Origin: Eledone cirrhosa
Taxonomy: Eukaryota
DNA length: 64,000 nt
Assembly: GCA_964016885.1 (NCBI GenBank)
Contig: OZ024742.1
Span: 131,316,001 to 131,380,000, forward strand
Reading direction: 5' to 3'
In this document: one piece after another, positions 1 to 13,736 of the stretch
Layout of the letters: the number at the start of each line of letters is the position of its first letter
Numbering within the stretch: the first letter of the stretch is position 1
Translations under genes and position numbers: made by a program
The notes under the pieces: generated by a model
What the model saw: the letters and a program-made list of their open reading frames with translations, nothing else
The model's database searches: none
What the model was told of the DNA's origin: nothing

Positions 1-1399
1 GACATCACGTGGTAAATTATTGGTGGGAAACATTAGTTTTCCGGTCATGATTCGTATTTTCTGATACCAACAGTTGAATGGGCCGTCTATCAGTTCAGTT
101 GCTTGATCATGTAATTAACGTGTAAGTCTCTGATCCTTCCACAGACCCTGTGAATGACAGGTAAAGGCCATCCATCGGGTTTCCAAACACTTTCTGTATA
201 CATAATTTCACCCGAACTCACTCAGAAGGCATGCGTCGAACCCACGTCTTAAAGATTGTGAAGTGAACTTTGTAACCATTCGGCCAAACGTCGTCCAATA
301 ACAATAGTGCTATGAATGATAACAACATCCAACGATGGTACTTATATATATAATTTTTTTTTTACTACAGAAGTTTCAACTTTCACTCCAGAACTATCAA
401 CGATACGATTTGTTAGTTCGCTAATTTACTCTTACAAATATTCAAGAGAAACATTGAGTGAAGTCGATAATTGTTCTAGCAGTAGTAAATGTAAAATGTG
501 AGAAAATATTATAGATTATTCATGCAGCTATTATTGAAGTTTTAATATTTATGAACAGTTAGTAGGTTCTGTTAAAAGAAATCGGCGTCTTTCAAAGTAA
601 ACCTTCATTGATTTTTTCACGTATGATTATAAAGATAAAAGTGATACGAAAAGCTATAAATTTTGTTCTATAATGGAACACAGGCTTTCATTATATCGTT
701 AGCCGGCGAATGTTGAAGCCCAGATAAACTTAGGTAATTGTCATAAATCATCGCCTGTGAACTGTTGCTATTTAAAACCGAAAAACTTGAATCCAGCATA
801 TTTATATGAGGCTTCATTCTAAATTATTCTTCTTTCTTATTTTTGGAATAAGTTGCTGTATAGAGACATACTTCTGCAAATAACTGCTTATTACAGAATT
901 CCTATGATAATATTAGCTCACGGAGAATGGCTTTCACATTTTATATTTTGCCTTTTCGGAGTGACACATGACTTATATTATTAGTTTCTTCATTCAATTG
1001 AGTTCAAATCTAGTAAATATATATGACTAATACTTTGGGGTTCTATTGAGGTATTTTCATCAAGGGAGTCTGCACGTAGTTTGGTATATTGATGTAAACT
1101 TCATCACAAATACATAACTTCATTTGACAAGTGAATGGATCTCTTGAAGTGAGGAAAAATTCTAAATTACTTTAAAGTACGAATGAATAGATAGTACAGC
1201 TTGGAAGAGTGATCGATAACAGTCGGAGCACGTGTACAGGGTAGAAGGTGATGATGACGGTCTTTATAAACCATGATTTGAAACCTTTCATTGTGTTTCT
1301 CATGTCATATTCAAGTTCCTATATAAAGTGTATACAGACTTCAAGTGAAAAGCTGCTATATTCCCGACTTGTATTTACAAAAAGGTACGATTCATGTCA

Positions 1400-1447
<48 letters not shown>

Positions 1448-1500
1448 CACACACACACACACACACACAGACACATACACACACATACACACACAAACAC

Positions 1501-1585
<85 letters not shown>
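1400..1585. repeat. Compound (TA)n-(CA)n-(TA)n microsatellite
   Basis: Directly visible. Confidence 0.95.
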
Positions 1586-1588
<3 letters not shown>

Positions 1589-2128
1589 GTAGGACACTCA
1601 GTCCATGGGACGAGTTAGGTAGAAGTGGTTACACAACAGTTAGTTCCACATACCGAGAACAATTGTTTCACCTTAGCGGATCCTCAGCTCGTAATGGGCA
1701 TGGTTATACGGAACAGGAAGGACAACCATACGAACGCGCTACGCAGAAACCGGTCATTTCACACAGGTAATACTAAAATGCGTGCGAGAGGTTTAAGGGA
1801 GATAACTGCGAAAGTTCGAAAAGTTTTTAGTTGATAAGAAAATGATGATGTTGTTACAATAAATTCAATCCGAAGCTTTGTAGTTATGTAATAGGTGTTT
1901 CGAGACGTGTGGACAACGTGTGAAAAATTCATTTCTCGTGTTTAGGCAATCACTTTTGTATAATCTCTTTAGAATATTCTGTGTGAAGTGACCGGTTTCT
2001 GCGCATGCGCGTTCGTACGGTTGTCCTTCCTGTTCCGTATAACCATGCCCATTATGAGCTGAAGAACCGCCAAAGTGAAACAATTGTTCTCGGTATGGTG
2101 AACTAACTGTTGTGTAACCACTTCTATA
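1586..2128. mobile_element. Non-coding inverted-repeat element with HHR (PLE pseudo-LTR-like)
   Basis: ~155-bp imperfect inverted arms (1620-1777 / 1968-2126), HHR motif in both arms, TA at both ends. Confidence 0.75.
2043..2098 (+). ncRNA. Type I hammerhead ribozyme motif (mirror copy 1649-1703, minus)
   Basis: gag-CTGAAGA-accgccaaagt-GAAAC-aatt-GTT-ctc, distal stem I ccatgcc/ggtatgg. The consensus of the two arms gives stem II ACC/GGT. Confidence 0.75.
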
Positions 2129-3319
2129 TATTTTATATTCTACCTGGCACCATTGTAGATCTTAAACAAATAAATAATTGAAATACACATTCTTGGGTGG
2201 AGTATGCAAATGAGGAAATCTGTAATATTTGCACGAAATGAATTCCTAATTGTATTAAATGCAGCAATATTTTATGTGTCTTTGTATTTTCTATTCATGA
2301 TTTAGCGGCTTTAATTTAACTTAAGTTCACCTTGAAAGGTTATTGTTCTTTTTAAATATATATTTAATATGCCTATCATACAGCTGAATAGCTAGAATAT
2401 AAAGAAAATGATGGCAAGTCAAACCTAATTTCGATTCCGATCTGCAAACATTTTATTTTTAAGCTCGTACCCATAAGGAGCATGAAATTTGTTCACAATA
2501 TTCTATGATTACATCTGTTTATCGCACACATGTAATCTTGTTCGTGAGACCAAGTGGTAGCATATTGCACTTATCAATGATTTATCCTGGCATAGTTGCA
2601 GACCTCTCAACTCTCCTCGCCTGAAGGGGAGATCTTCCACCCATTTTAGGGTGGGCGAGAGATGTCTTCTCTTGTGATATAGCTTTCATTATGTAAAATC
2701 TCCCCATTTTGCCTCATATCTTCCCGTTTCAGGCACCTTTGTTTCATGTTACTTCACGTTTGGGTTTTTAGAGGGTGGCAGGTCTGTAGTTGGTGATTCG
2801 TTTGCCGGGGTATTGTATGAGCACCCGAACACACACGAAGAAAATGTCAGTGAAATTGTGATTTTCAGCAATATAGTGCCAAATGAATGACCATACGCCA
2901 AAAGACAGTTCTCACTCGCATCTACAGAAATATACAACGTACCATAGTATGTGATAAGGTAAGAATTTTGGATTATAGGTTCAACTCAACTTTCCTAAAT
3001 TAGAGTACTGCAGCAACGTGGAATAAAGCGCCGTACAGAATTAGAAACAGTGCCACGAAGAATCGAACACACAACCCTGTCGTCCTAACAAGCTAAACAC
3101 TAAGTCATATGTCTTCGCCGTACTATTGTAAGAGACTGGCAAACAACGAAATGTGGTCCACTTTTCAAGCAGAGTCTATTGCAACACTGTGCTTATGCTG
3201 GTGGCCAGAAAATTTCATACAAATATAAATATATTTGATTTTTCTATTATTAATTCTCTCATTATATAAAAAAACAGTTGTCAATCCTGATTTTCATGTC
3301 TGGAAAATAATTAAACATT

Positions 3320-3484
3320 GATGTACTACTTATGAAACATGATGTATATACATCCATATAAACATAAATGCATACATATATAGCATCAATATACGCACAC
3401 ACACACGCATATATATATATATTACTTGAACAAATCAAATGTTTAAGCTCACAATCTATTTAAATAATAAATATTTGCTCTACG

Positions 3485-3525
<41 letters not shown>

Positions 3526-3947
3526 TTCGCATATATATAACATTTATCGAGTTTTCCTGGATTTTGGCATTTTGAACTTTGTATTTATTAATATTATTAT
3601 TAGTTAAATTATACATAGTCACACACACATACACACATACATGATGTTCTACTTATGAAACATTATGTATATACATCCATATAAACATAAATGCATACAT
3701 ATATAGCATCAATATACGCACACACACACGCATATATATATATTATTTGAACAAATGAAATGTTTAAGCTCACAATCTATTTAAATAATAAATATTTGCT
3801 CTACGATTATATATATATATATATATAATATTTTCGCATATATATAACATTTATCGAGTTTTCCTGGATTTTGGCATTTTGAACTTTGTATTTATTAATA
3901 TTATTATTAGTTAAATTATACATAGTCACACACACATACACACATAC
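3320..3947. repeat. Tandem duplication, ~320-bp unit
   Basis: 3320-3640 is repeated at 3643-3947, differing mainly in internal (TA)n length. Confidence 0.85.
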
Positions 3948-4331
3948 ACACACACACACATACATAAGGAATTGAAACTATATTTACCAGCGATAAATAT
4001 TGGAGCACAATGTTATATACTTCAGCTTGAACTATAACACCTTTCAAATTAATAGATATTCTTATATCGTTATTTTTGGGCCTGTGTGTCGTCTTTACTT
4101 TTCTTATTGAATATTATCTTGTTAAATTTCTTGCGTATAAATAATTGGTATTATAATCTGATTTGTCTGGAATTATATCATCTCTATAAATCTCGGTGCT
4201 TCTCGTCTAATGTTATTATTCATTGTGATATTGTGATATTTTTACATTTGTTCTCTGCTTTGCCAGAGAACTTAAGAAAACGTCTGAAGTTTCTTGTGAA
4301 TAATTCGTTTTTGTTTGATTTATTTTCAGCT

Positions 4332-4364
<33 letters not shown>

Positions 4365-4372
<8 letters not shown>

Positions 4373-4550
4373 AAGTATGACCCCGACGGCAGAGCTCAAG
4401 CCGTTTCGACGGCTATTTCTGGACTGAAATAGCCGTCGAAACGGCTTGAGCTCTGCCGTCGGGGTCATACTTTTTCATATTTCCCACTCTACGTATTGAG
4501 TACTCTGGTACGTTATGGTCCATGTGGTTCCTTACCACAATTCCTTTGTT
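4365..4550. mobile_element. Perfect 55-bp hairpin plus 70-bp tail within (TA)n
   Basis: 4365-4419 is the exact reverse complement of 4426-4480 with a 6-nt loop (tggact). The tail contains TTGAGTAC. Confidence 0.75.
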
Positions 4551-4566
4551 ATATATATATATATAC

Positions 4567-5086
4567 AGTAAGTACTGCGAATTGTTTTAAATTTATTTTA
4601 AAACATTTTCTCTATTAGCTAGACCTTGATTTTATATGATCTGGCTTGTTAATTTATTAACCCTCCATAGAACCACATTGGCATACGGGTGGATAATACT
4701 TGTTTCCCTCTATGTATTTTTTACATGTAGGAATTCATACTTTATTATTATTAATCTCCCCCTAAGGTAGAGATAACATTTTGGCCGTTTGGACTGCTGC
4801 TCCACCGTGCATTTTGTCTTTGCACACGGCACCAGCCAGAATTATTTCTTCCATCATTCGCTCTCATTTTGGAATGGTTTTGTATGGCGTCAGTTTGTGA
4901 TTTGAACTCGGGAATTTTATATTCTCCGAGAGAGAAGAGCCCTCTCCAGAATGCTCCCTTCTGAATGGAAATCCGCTTGGATTTTCCTTTTATTATGGAG
5001 CATGAAACCGCGGTAAAGGCAGATATAGTAAGTAATGCGAATTTTTAAAATTTATTTTAAAACATTTTCTCTATTTGCTTGACCTT

Positions 5087-5095
<9 letters not shown>
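4567..5095 (+). mobile_element. 460-bp unit with ~65-bp terminal direct repeat and decayed HHR
   Basis: agtaagta...ttttatat at 4567 and 5027. gccct-CTCCAGA-atgctcc...ggagcat-GAAAC-cgcg-GTA-aaggc at 4939-5020. TA flanks. Confidence 0.65.
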
Positions 5096-5129
<34 letters not shown>

Positions 5130-5131
<2 letters not shown>

Positions 5132-5563
5132 ATCGATCGACTTTCGTCAAATCGGACCGAGGAAACAATGTTTCCGTCGTTCTCTCCAGTTGCTAGTACT
5201 ATCTATCGGTCGCAACTCCAGGTAGAAGGAACAACGTGAAATAAAGTGTCTTGCCCAAGGACATAACGCATCGCCCGGTCCACTATTCGAACTCACAACC
5301 TCAAGATTGTGAATCCAATTTTCTAACCACTCAGCCACACGCCTTCACAAAGGCGTGTGGCTGAGCGGTTAGAGAATTGGATTCGCAATCGAGAGGTTGT
5401 GAGTTCGATTCCTGGACCAGGCGATGCGTTATGTCCTTGAGCAAGACACTTTATTTCACGTCGCTCCATCTACCTGGAGTTGCGACCGATAGATAGTATT
5501 AGCAACTGGAGAGAACGACGGAAACATTGTTTCCTCGGTCCGATTTGACGAAAGTCGATCGAT

Positions 5564-5565
<2 letters not shown>
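5130..5565. mobile_element. Palindromic head-to-head tRNA-SINE dimer (MITE-like)
   Basis: 216-bp arms 5130-5345 / 5350-5565. A-box TGGCTGAGCGG and B-box-like GAGTTCGATTCC. (TA)n on both sides. Confidence 0.85.
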
Positions 5566-5630
<65 letters not shown>

Positions 5631-5715
5631 ACATACACATATATATAGAGAGAGGGATATATATATATCCCCCTCTCTCTCTCTATATATATACATGTAT
5701 ACACACACACACACA

Positions 5716-5809
<94 letters not shown>

Positions 5810-5870
5810 CACTAATATTAATATACATAAATACATATATAATACTTACATTCATCATGCATCTATATAT

Positions 5871-5910
<40 letters not shown>

Positions 5911-5973
5911 GTACCAGTCATGTACCGGGTTCGATTCTTCCTCTATCTCTCTTTATCACTCTCTCTATCTCTA

Positions 5974-6060
<87 letters not shown>
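5566..6060. repeat. Compound (TA)/(TG)/(CA)/(CT) microsatellites
   Basis: Directly visible. Confidence 0.95.
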
Positions 6061-6215
6061 TTCCTCTGCTTCCTTCTTCTTTATCGCTTTCATTCTTTCT
6101 GTCTTCTCCTTCAGGAAATTGGCGATATCCCGAACTGATGAAGAATGGGATCCGCTAGGATATAATGGCAAAAAAACAATTTCTCTGACTCCATCAGGAG
6201 AAAGAGGCCCTTTCT

Positions 6216-7058
6216 GAATTTATTTTGCTCCATTCTGCACCCAATGTGTTTTAAAATTTTGATCACCACTAATATGGTTTCTGATTTAGACACAAAACCA
6301 ACAGTTTTGGAAGAAGGGGAAAACCAATTAAATCGACCCCTGTGCTTTATTTTATCGACCCAGTAAGGATGAAAGGTAAAGTTTACCTGCCGAGATTTGA
6401 ACTCAGAACGTAAAGATAATAATAATAATTGTTTCTACTAATTGTACAAGGCCAACAATTGTTGGGGAGGGGAAAGGGAAAGTCAATTAAACCGAACCCG
6501 GTGCATTACTGGTACTTTATTTTATCGACCCCGTAAGGATGAAGGGGAAAGTTAACCTCGGCAGGATTTGAACTGAAAACATAAACGGACGTAATTCTAT
6601 GCCGCAAAGCATGGCGTCCGACGCTCTACCGACACTGCCAATCCTCTGCCTTCACCTGTATAAATAATAAGGCTGCTCTGGAATCAAAGTGTTCATAGTT
6701 TTGCCCCGGCTCTATTTCAGACAACCCTTAATAAAAGATAGCTGAAGAGACTCAATACAGCCGATATTACCAATCCACCGCCTTTTGATCACCGCTACAA
6801 TGAACGTTACCTTGGTGATCCAATGTAAAAGAAGCTTCATCATTCTTCAGTTATTTTCTTAACCTTTATTATATTTTCTTCGAATTATACTAATATCTGT
6901 TACGTTTCATTGTGTTCGTTGTTTTTTCCATGAAGTTCATTGATTATTGCTATCATCAGCGTATTTACCACCGCCAGCAATTCGCTGAATCAGAAACCAT
7001 ATTAGTGGTGATCAAAATTTTAAAACACATTTGGTGCAGAAAGGAGCAAAATAAATTC
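6216..7058. repeat. 71-bp inverted repeat pair
   Basis: 6216-6286 is the reverse complement of 6988-7058 with about 2 mismatches. Confidence 0.85.
6280..6652 (-). mobile_element. Two tandem tRNA-derived SINE fragments (octopus-type)
   Basis: ttttatcgaccc...aaggatgaa...aaagtt.acct...atttgaact core occurs twice. Same family as 56036-56150. Confidence 0.8.
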
Positions 7059-7155
7059 GATTTCACCTAATTTTCTTTATACTTTCACTCGTGTAGGACA
7101 CCTCGGTTATTTTTCATTCTGTAAAAAAAAAAAAGAAAAAAAACCTCACTTTCCA

Positions 7156-7209
<54 letters not shown>

Positions 7210-7352
7210 AAAAAAAGATGAAATCCAAAATGCAACTGGAGCCTTATTTAAAAAAAAATATATATATATATTTATTTGGTTCCTTTACCGGTTTCGCAGT
7301 TCTTCTGCTTTTCAAAAGGTGAGTTGAGATGGAGGGTCTGTGGTGTTTCTAA
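7057..7352. mobile_element. Fragments of family F1 (see 29882-30650) in opposite orientations around (TA)n
   Basis: 7057-7160 matches ~30565-30650. 7205-7352 is the reverse complement of ~30450-30586. Confidence 0.8.
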
Positions 7353-7358
7353 CTCACT

Positions 7359-7402
<44 letters not shown>

Positions 7403-7443
7403 CAAAATATAAAACAATCAAATCTTAGTTTAATACATTTAAT

Positions 7444-7490
7444 TGCTGACAATTGTTTCTTCTAGACGAATGTCTGGTATCATCGGAGCA
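7444..7490 (-). ncRNA. Degenerate type I HHR motif
   Basis: Minus strand: tgct-CCGATGA-taccagac attc gtctagaa-GAAAC-aatt-GTC-agca (one core substitution). Confidence 0.6.
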
Positions 7491-7831
7491 TACACAATGT
7501 TTAAACAGGTAATTAAAATCCTAGTCTTCAGAACATTTATATAGATACATAACTATTGACAGTGTCAGTGACATGATATAGAAAAGCAGGTGTTACAAAA
7601 AGATGTTATGCTATAGAAATGACAGTATAAGGAAAAATGGTGAAAAGTGAAATATACGAGCATATTATATATAAAGATATTCTTTAAGGTAATACATGTG
7701 CAAAAGATACAAGCAAAAGATGTAAGAGAGGAAATATAAAGGATATAATAGCACTGGCTAGTGCTTAGTACCACCCACCATATTTGTAATTATATATAAA
7801 CCATATATAAGTATAAATATTATTATTATTA

Positions 7832-7903
<72 letters not shown>

Positions 7904-7907
<4 letters not shown>

Positions 7908-8845
7908 GGGCGAAATTACCGAGATCCATGGAAGAGTTCTCTCCAGCGGTCTCTGTCCCTCATCATCGCTGCCATGTCCTGCGTTACCAAAGAGACCGGT
8001 GTGTGTCCTTAGGGCATCAACATATATCAACGTCGGTCTCCCTCTTCTAGTGTGTCCGTGTATGGGCTCCCACAGGGGCACTGAGTGGAGTGTCAACTCT
8101 GGATATCGGTGAGCATGTCCAGTTAACATCAATCTCCTCTCTGTTACTTTCGAGCTGACTTTTGGAAGGCTCCCGTACAGCTCTGAGTTCTTCATCCTCA
8201 GTCTATACTGATTAACGTTCAGAGCCATCCTCAGCATTCTCGTGTAGCACCCATCCTCCATCTGAGTGAGTTTCCTGGTCAGTTTCCAAGTCTCAGACCC
8301 GTACAGCAGCACAAACTCCATTGTAGCAACGAAGAGACAGATCTTCAGGTCTTTACGAAGTATCGACTCCAACACTGATCTCAAACCGTGACACGCTGCC
8401 CAGGATTTGTTTTTTCTCTCAACCACATCATCCTCTCTGTTTCCAATCTTTGCTCCCAGATAGTGGACCTGATGTCACTGCTCTACACCAACACCAAAGC
8501 CCAAGTCATTACACCTGATAGGATGACGGAGTTCTTTGAGATACTGGCTGGAGTGCTCCCTACCTTTTTATCATTGCAGTGGACTATTGTATGCTCCTTG
8601 CGCTGGAGAAACACCAGGACTCTGGCTTTACCGTAGCACTGGCTCAGAACAGATGCTGAATTTATTGACGACATAGTTCTGGCGACAAACAATATAGGAG
8701 ACAGAGGAGTTGATGCAGGAGGTGGAGACTGTGTCGATGAGTGTGGGGCTGAGAATGAATGAGATTAAGTCGAAGTATCTGATAGAGAATATTAAGAAGC
8801 CAGAGAGGATTATGAATGTAGGCGGGAAGCCGCAAGAATTGATAT
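7904..8845 (-). mobile_element. 5'-truncated RTE-clade LINE with 5' inversion
   Basis: Minus 8464-7904 reads YLGSK...VLLYGSETWKLT...RMLR...RGRPTL. Plus 8464-8845 carries the upstream RT segment (FFEILAGVL, FIDDIVL, GLRMNEIKSKYL). Confidence 0.85.
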
Positions 8846-8850
8846 ATATA

Positions 8851-9296
8851 TTTCTTCAAATTTTGAATTTTGACCGCCAAAAACACAGGGGTTACCTCCT
8901 TTCGGGAAAACCACGTGACTGCCAGGGTGTTTACTGCTAAAATTCACAACTGGAGCGGCAGAGAACGGAAACCTGTTGAGAAAGTGAATCCTCTGTTCGA
9001 TCTTCCAAAACCAATAACTTGCATGCCACACAAATGGATTTTGTTGATTTCGGATTTACCCAGCGGAGATATTGTATAATATCGACGCGATGGTTCAGGT
9101 TTGTCATATTTTCCTGAGTCACTTTTCTCGTTGCTTTGGTTCCGGCGGCTGGCTTACCGGTTGCTGTCTTCAATTTGCAAAGCTGTCTAAACCTAATGTT
9201 ATAACTCGAAGGTAAAATACCTTATTGAGTGCTTAGCTGCACATTCCGATTGCATTCGTTCTGCAGCCAGAGCTTCGATTATGCTGTACTTCCATT

Positions 9297-9298
<2 letters not shown>
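8851..9298 (+). mobile_element. Unclassified ~450-bp (TA)n-flanked element
   Basis: TA flanks, CACGTGAC motif and TTGAGTGC ~68 nt before the 3' TA junction, as in the other elements. Confidence 0.4.
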
Positions 9299-9335
<37 letters not shown>

Positions 9336-10097
9336 GCTTCCTCCTGATAAACTAAGCCGGAATCCTTCGTAGCTTGAATATTTGTGCCAAACTAGAGGTT
9401 GAAAACGTGTGCGTGTCAAGGCCTACAGCTGTATACACAAAAGTACATGAAGGACACAGTTTTTTGTGGTGGGTATAATGGATTATATCAACATTAACAC
9501 TTGTCTGATAATTTACTTTATTGATTTTACTTTATCGATTAATAACAGTGATGTTCAGGATTCGAGCTCAGAACAATGTGGTCTGAAATTACATACCACA
9601 AACCATTCGCTCCGATGATATAACGATTATCCCTATCTGCTAGTATAATAGCACTACAATATAAACATGTTATTTTACACATTAAAATAACATCAATATC
9701 TCGTACTCATGTTTACACATACGTGGGTTTACTCAACGTTGTAACTCAAATATTTCTCACACTCTGAACAAACACACACAAACACAAAAACGACACCTAC
9801 AAACACCAAAATACATTTACACACACCAAAATAATTGAATGCGCTGTGACAGAATAGTCAAATTATTTAATAACCTATGCATAAGATAAAAGACAATACG
9901 GCAGCTTACATGTTATGAAATTAAATATTACATCACTGGAATAATAAACACGTCATTTCTAAAATATTAAATATTACCCCCCTCCCTCTCTCACCTTCCT
10001 TCGACCTTCTCCTCAAGCATACATTAACATGCAAGCACAAATATATGTTATATACAAAGGTCTCTCTCTCATGCTCTCTCTCTCTCCCCCTCTCTCT

Positions 10098-10124
10098 CTA
10101 TATATATGTATATACATATATATA

Positions 10125-10215
<91 letters not shown>

Positions 10216-10216
10216 A

Positions 10217-10304
<88 letters not shown>
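10098..10304. repeat. (TA)n microsatellite
   Basis: Directly visible. Confidence 0.95.
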
Positions 10305-10307
<3 letters not shown>

Positions 10308-12118
10308 TCTGTTTATCCTGATGGCTATATCAATGCAATTCCATATTTCATATCAGATATCGAAGAAATTAATATAAAAATTCAGATTACGCGAATTGTA
10401 TCAGGTATCGTAATGACAGCATTCTGATTATTATCAAAAACATAAATGGGAAATTTTCTGAGGATTATTAAGTGCAAGTAATAAATCTCAAAATTCATGA
10501 TTTGATCTCCATCCCAATATCGTGAAGTACGTCCTTATTTTATTTTAATCAAGAAATGGAATTTTCAAATATTAGAATAAGTTTTTTTAATATTTTTATC
10601 TTTCGTCAAAGAGTTTAAGCATTTTACTTAAATAAGCTCTGATGGAGCTTTCAAAATGATGATTGAGATTTGTGAGATAAAGTAGTTTCTGACGTGAAAC
10701 TATTGCAGTCTTCCTTCGGCGGTATGTTCAATTCCTACTAATCGCTATACTTTTATATCTGTCAAAAAACCAACGTGTTTCTTTCGTATCCGAGATTTAA
10801 ATTTTGCTGAAAGGGTCTAGCCTGTTCGACTATCTCTATTCACTTAAAATGTTTCGTTTAATTTTATCTTTTAATCTCTTCTATGTTGTTCGCCACCATC
10901 TTGGATTATGAATAGCTTTTGAATGATAGATGACCATGGAGTAGAACAAGCCAACGTAAATACGCTGAACGTGAAATTGAAAGGTAGATATAACCTTTTA
11001 TTGCAAACTCATGGAGAATGGAGGTTTGACATAAATATATATATAGTGTTTTTTTAAAATGTGAAAAACGGGAAGTATTGTTTATTACAATAAGAAATCT
11101 AACTTTAACTCCAAACAACACAGAAATTCCAATAACAAGATCAACAACATATCACCATACCCCAGTGTGTGTGTGTGAAGAGGGGTTGTGAACGAGATAG
11201 GGATAGAATCTGCAGATTGTAAGATTTTGAGTGACGTTTTAAGAAAGGCTGGTCAAATACAGGCTTCCACGTGTATAAGAATCAATGAGTTAGTCAATAT
11301 ACACAAATGAAAGAAGAATTTAAAAGGGAATATCAGAGACAGATTAGTTTAATACTAAATACAGTCCAAAATGCTGACAATAAGGTGATAATTATCCCTT
11401 TTCTAACTTTGCAGATAATAGTTCATAATTTTAACGTTCGCAGCTGGATAATAAATTAAGCAAAAATATAATAATTACATTTACAAAACACTACCAAATA
11501 TCTTACATAGAAACATTTAAACAGCAATTGCAGGTAAGCAGTAACTAGAAAACACGAAATATATCTACTGTATATTTACAAAATATGTAGTAAAAGATAA
11601 TAAAAAGCCACAAGAAATAGTTACAAAACACGGGCTCAAGTGTTTTGATTTCGAGGAAGTTAACAAATACAAAACAGAGGATGAGATGACAGAAATTTCT
11701 GAGGAGAAACAGAAATTTAAAGAAAAGTATGCAACATTAAAAAAAATAGGTTCATAGTTGGGTATATGATAAAATCTTGAAGCGATGACAAGGGAAAAAT
11801 ACTGAACAAGATAGAAATACACACACAGGCACACATATCACAAATCCCCAAAATGATTATGATACGCAGAAACTGCAGGAGTCGACAAGTAGAGACAGAT
11901 ACAGGTGCAAAGATATGTAATAAGAGCTGGAGTGAATTGTAGAAGAGCACATACCACATTTTATATTTATATTCCTGCAAGGTCTGGATCGTTTAAGCCT
12001 TTTCCATCTGACGTTGTAATTGAAAGCGGTGTCAGATATAGAAAAAAGAATTAGACGGTATGCCTAAAGAAGTTAGATAGATGATTGTAAAAGCATGTCT
12101 TCAAATTTCCATGCTCCA

Positions 12119-12190
<72 letters not shown>

Positions 12191-12527
12191 GATATATCTA
12201 TCTATCTATATATCTATCTATACTTGCATCTTTGCTTTCTTCTGTACAGAAGAAGGGGACCTATTTGAGATGTAGCAGGAGAGCTTGTTGAGTAAATGAG
12301 GTACTTTTACATGATGATGACAATGTATATAATTATCGGTTGATTCCCGATGAATATCGGATGACGACAATTAAAGATACTCAATAAGTTAATGGAGTAT
12401 AGACATTTTTACCTCATATAGAAATAACTATACAATATATATATATTGCCTTCATTTTACCGTCCATTTCACATTGTCTTAGCTTAGCTTTCTTAAACAT
12501 ATTTTCTATAATATATATATATATATA

Positions 12528-12596
<69 letters not shown>

Positions 12597-12611
12597 GTAT
12601 ATATATATATA

Positions 12612-13600
12612 TATATTGTAGAAAATGATATGTTTAAGGAAGCTAAGCTAAGACAATGTGAAAAGGACGGTAAAATGAAGGCAACGAAAAGGTTTGTTAT
12701 CTGGTATTTACTATTATTATCTTTTTTTCTTCGACCTAATATTTCGGGACTTAAACTCTCTTCCTCAGAGTATGGAGGACACTCAGAGCAAAACGTTCCG
12801 GTGTTATCACTTTGAAACTAGACTTGAATTTAACATTTAGAAACTGCTTTCAAGCGTTCTGTTTGACATTTGCTGTAGTATCCATGAGAACCAAAGATGA
12901 TGTCAATTGCCGTATGTATTATCTAATCGAAGCAAATTTATTGTGTATTTAGATTGTGTGTGTGTCTGCGTATCGATGTCCTTTTATGTCAACTATCGTA
13001 TGCTGAGTTCCATTCTGTTGTTGATTTGTGGGTTAAGCCTACATATAAGCAGTGCTTCCTTTATTCTTAAGTTGCTCACATTTATATCTCTGGCTTCAAT
13101 ATTGACTGTTATGTTTTTGTTGGTGTCTTGTATTTGTCAATATGTTTGTTGAATGAGGATTCGCGTGTGTTGAGGATGTGGAGTGGTCGAGTTATACTAC
13201 CAACGTAAAACTTCTTACATTTGTCGCATTCTGTCTGGTATACCACATGTGTGCTCTGTTTCATTAGTCAGCGTGCATTGGTTGTTGTCACTGGATTACG
13301 TTTTAGATAGGCATCCTCGCAGTGAAGTGGCGGAGTAAGCTAATTGTATGTCCAGTCCTTCCTTGCGGATGACTGCGGATTGTTGTGGTTATGTTTTCGC
13401 TGAAGTGTGGTATTTTGATGAAGTAGGTGCTGGAAAATGTCTTATACCTGCGGTGCCTTTGTTTTCTTAGACGATGTTGGCTATCCGTTAGTCGTTAGTA
13501 CATCAATGAAATGTGCAGTGTGATTGATCTGGTCCTTTGCCTTGCTGTATGTACTACGGATACACGTGAGTTCATTTCTTATGTATCCGGTTTTAGCACC
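12612..13600 (-). pseudogene. Decayed PLE 3' fragment (GIY-YIG endonuclease and 3' tail)
   Basis: Minus ~13255-13140 translates to HVVYQTECDKCKKFYVGSITRPLH. CTGAGGA...GAAATATT HHR remnant at ~12737-12767. The last ~65 bp are duplicated in inverted form at 12446-12510. Confidence 0.7.
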
Positions 13601-13679
13601 AAGGGAGGAGGGCTGACATATAACGCAAAAAGAGGTCTCTGCTGGCGGCTTTTCTATAGAAGATTGTGTATATATCGCC

Positions 13680-13732
<53 letters not shown>

Positions 13733-13736
<4 letters not shown>

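Noticed and set aside
2600-2670. Hairpin with CTGAAGG...GAGA
   Set aside because: Two core mismatches and no supporting repeat architecture.
5350-5425. tRNA gene
   Set aside because: A/B boxes are present but continue into a SINE body with no proper acceptor stem or terminator.
10624-10712. CTGATGG...GAAAC hammerhead-like spacing
   Set aside because: Core mutated and no convincing stems.
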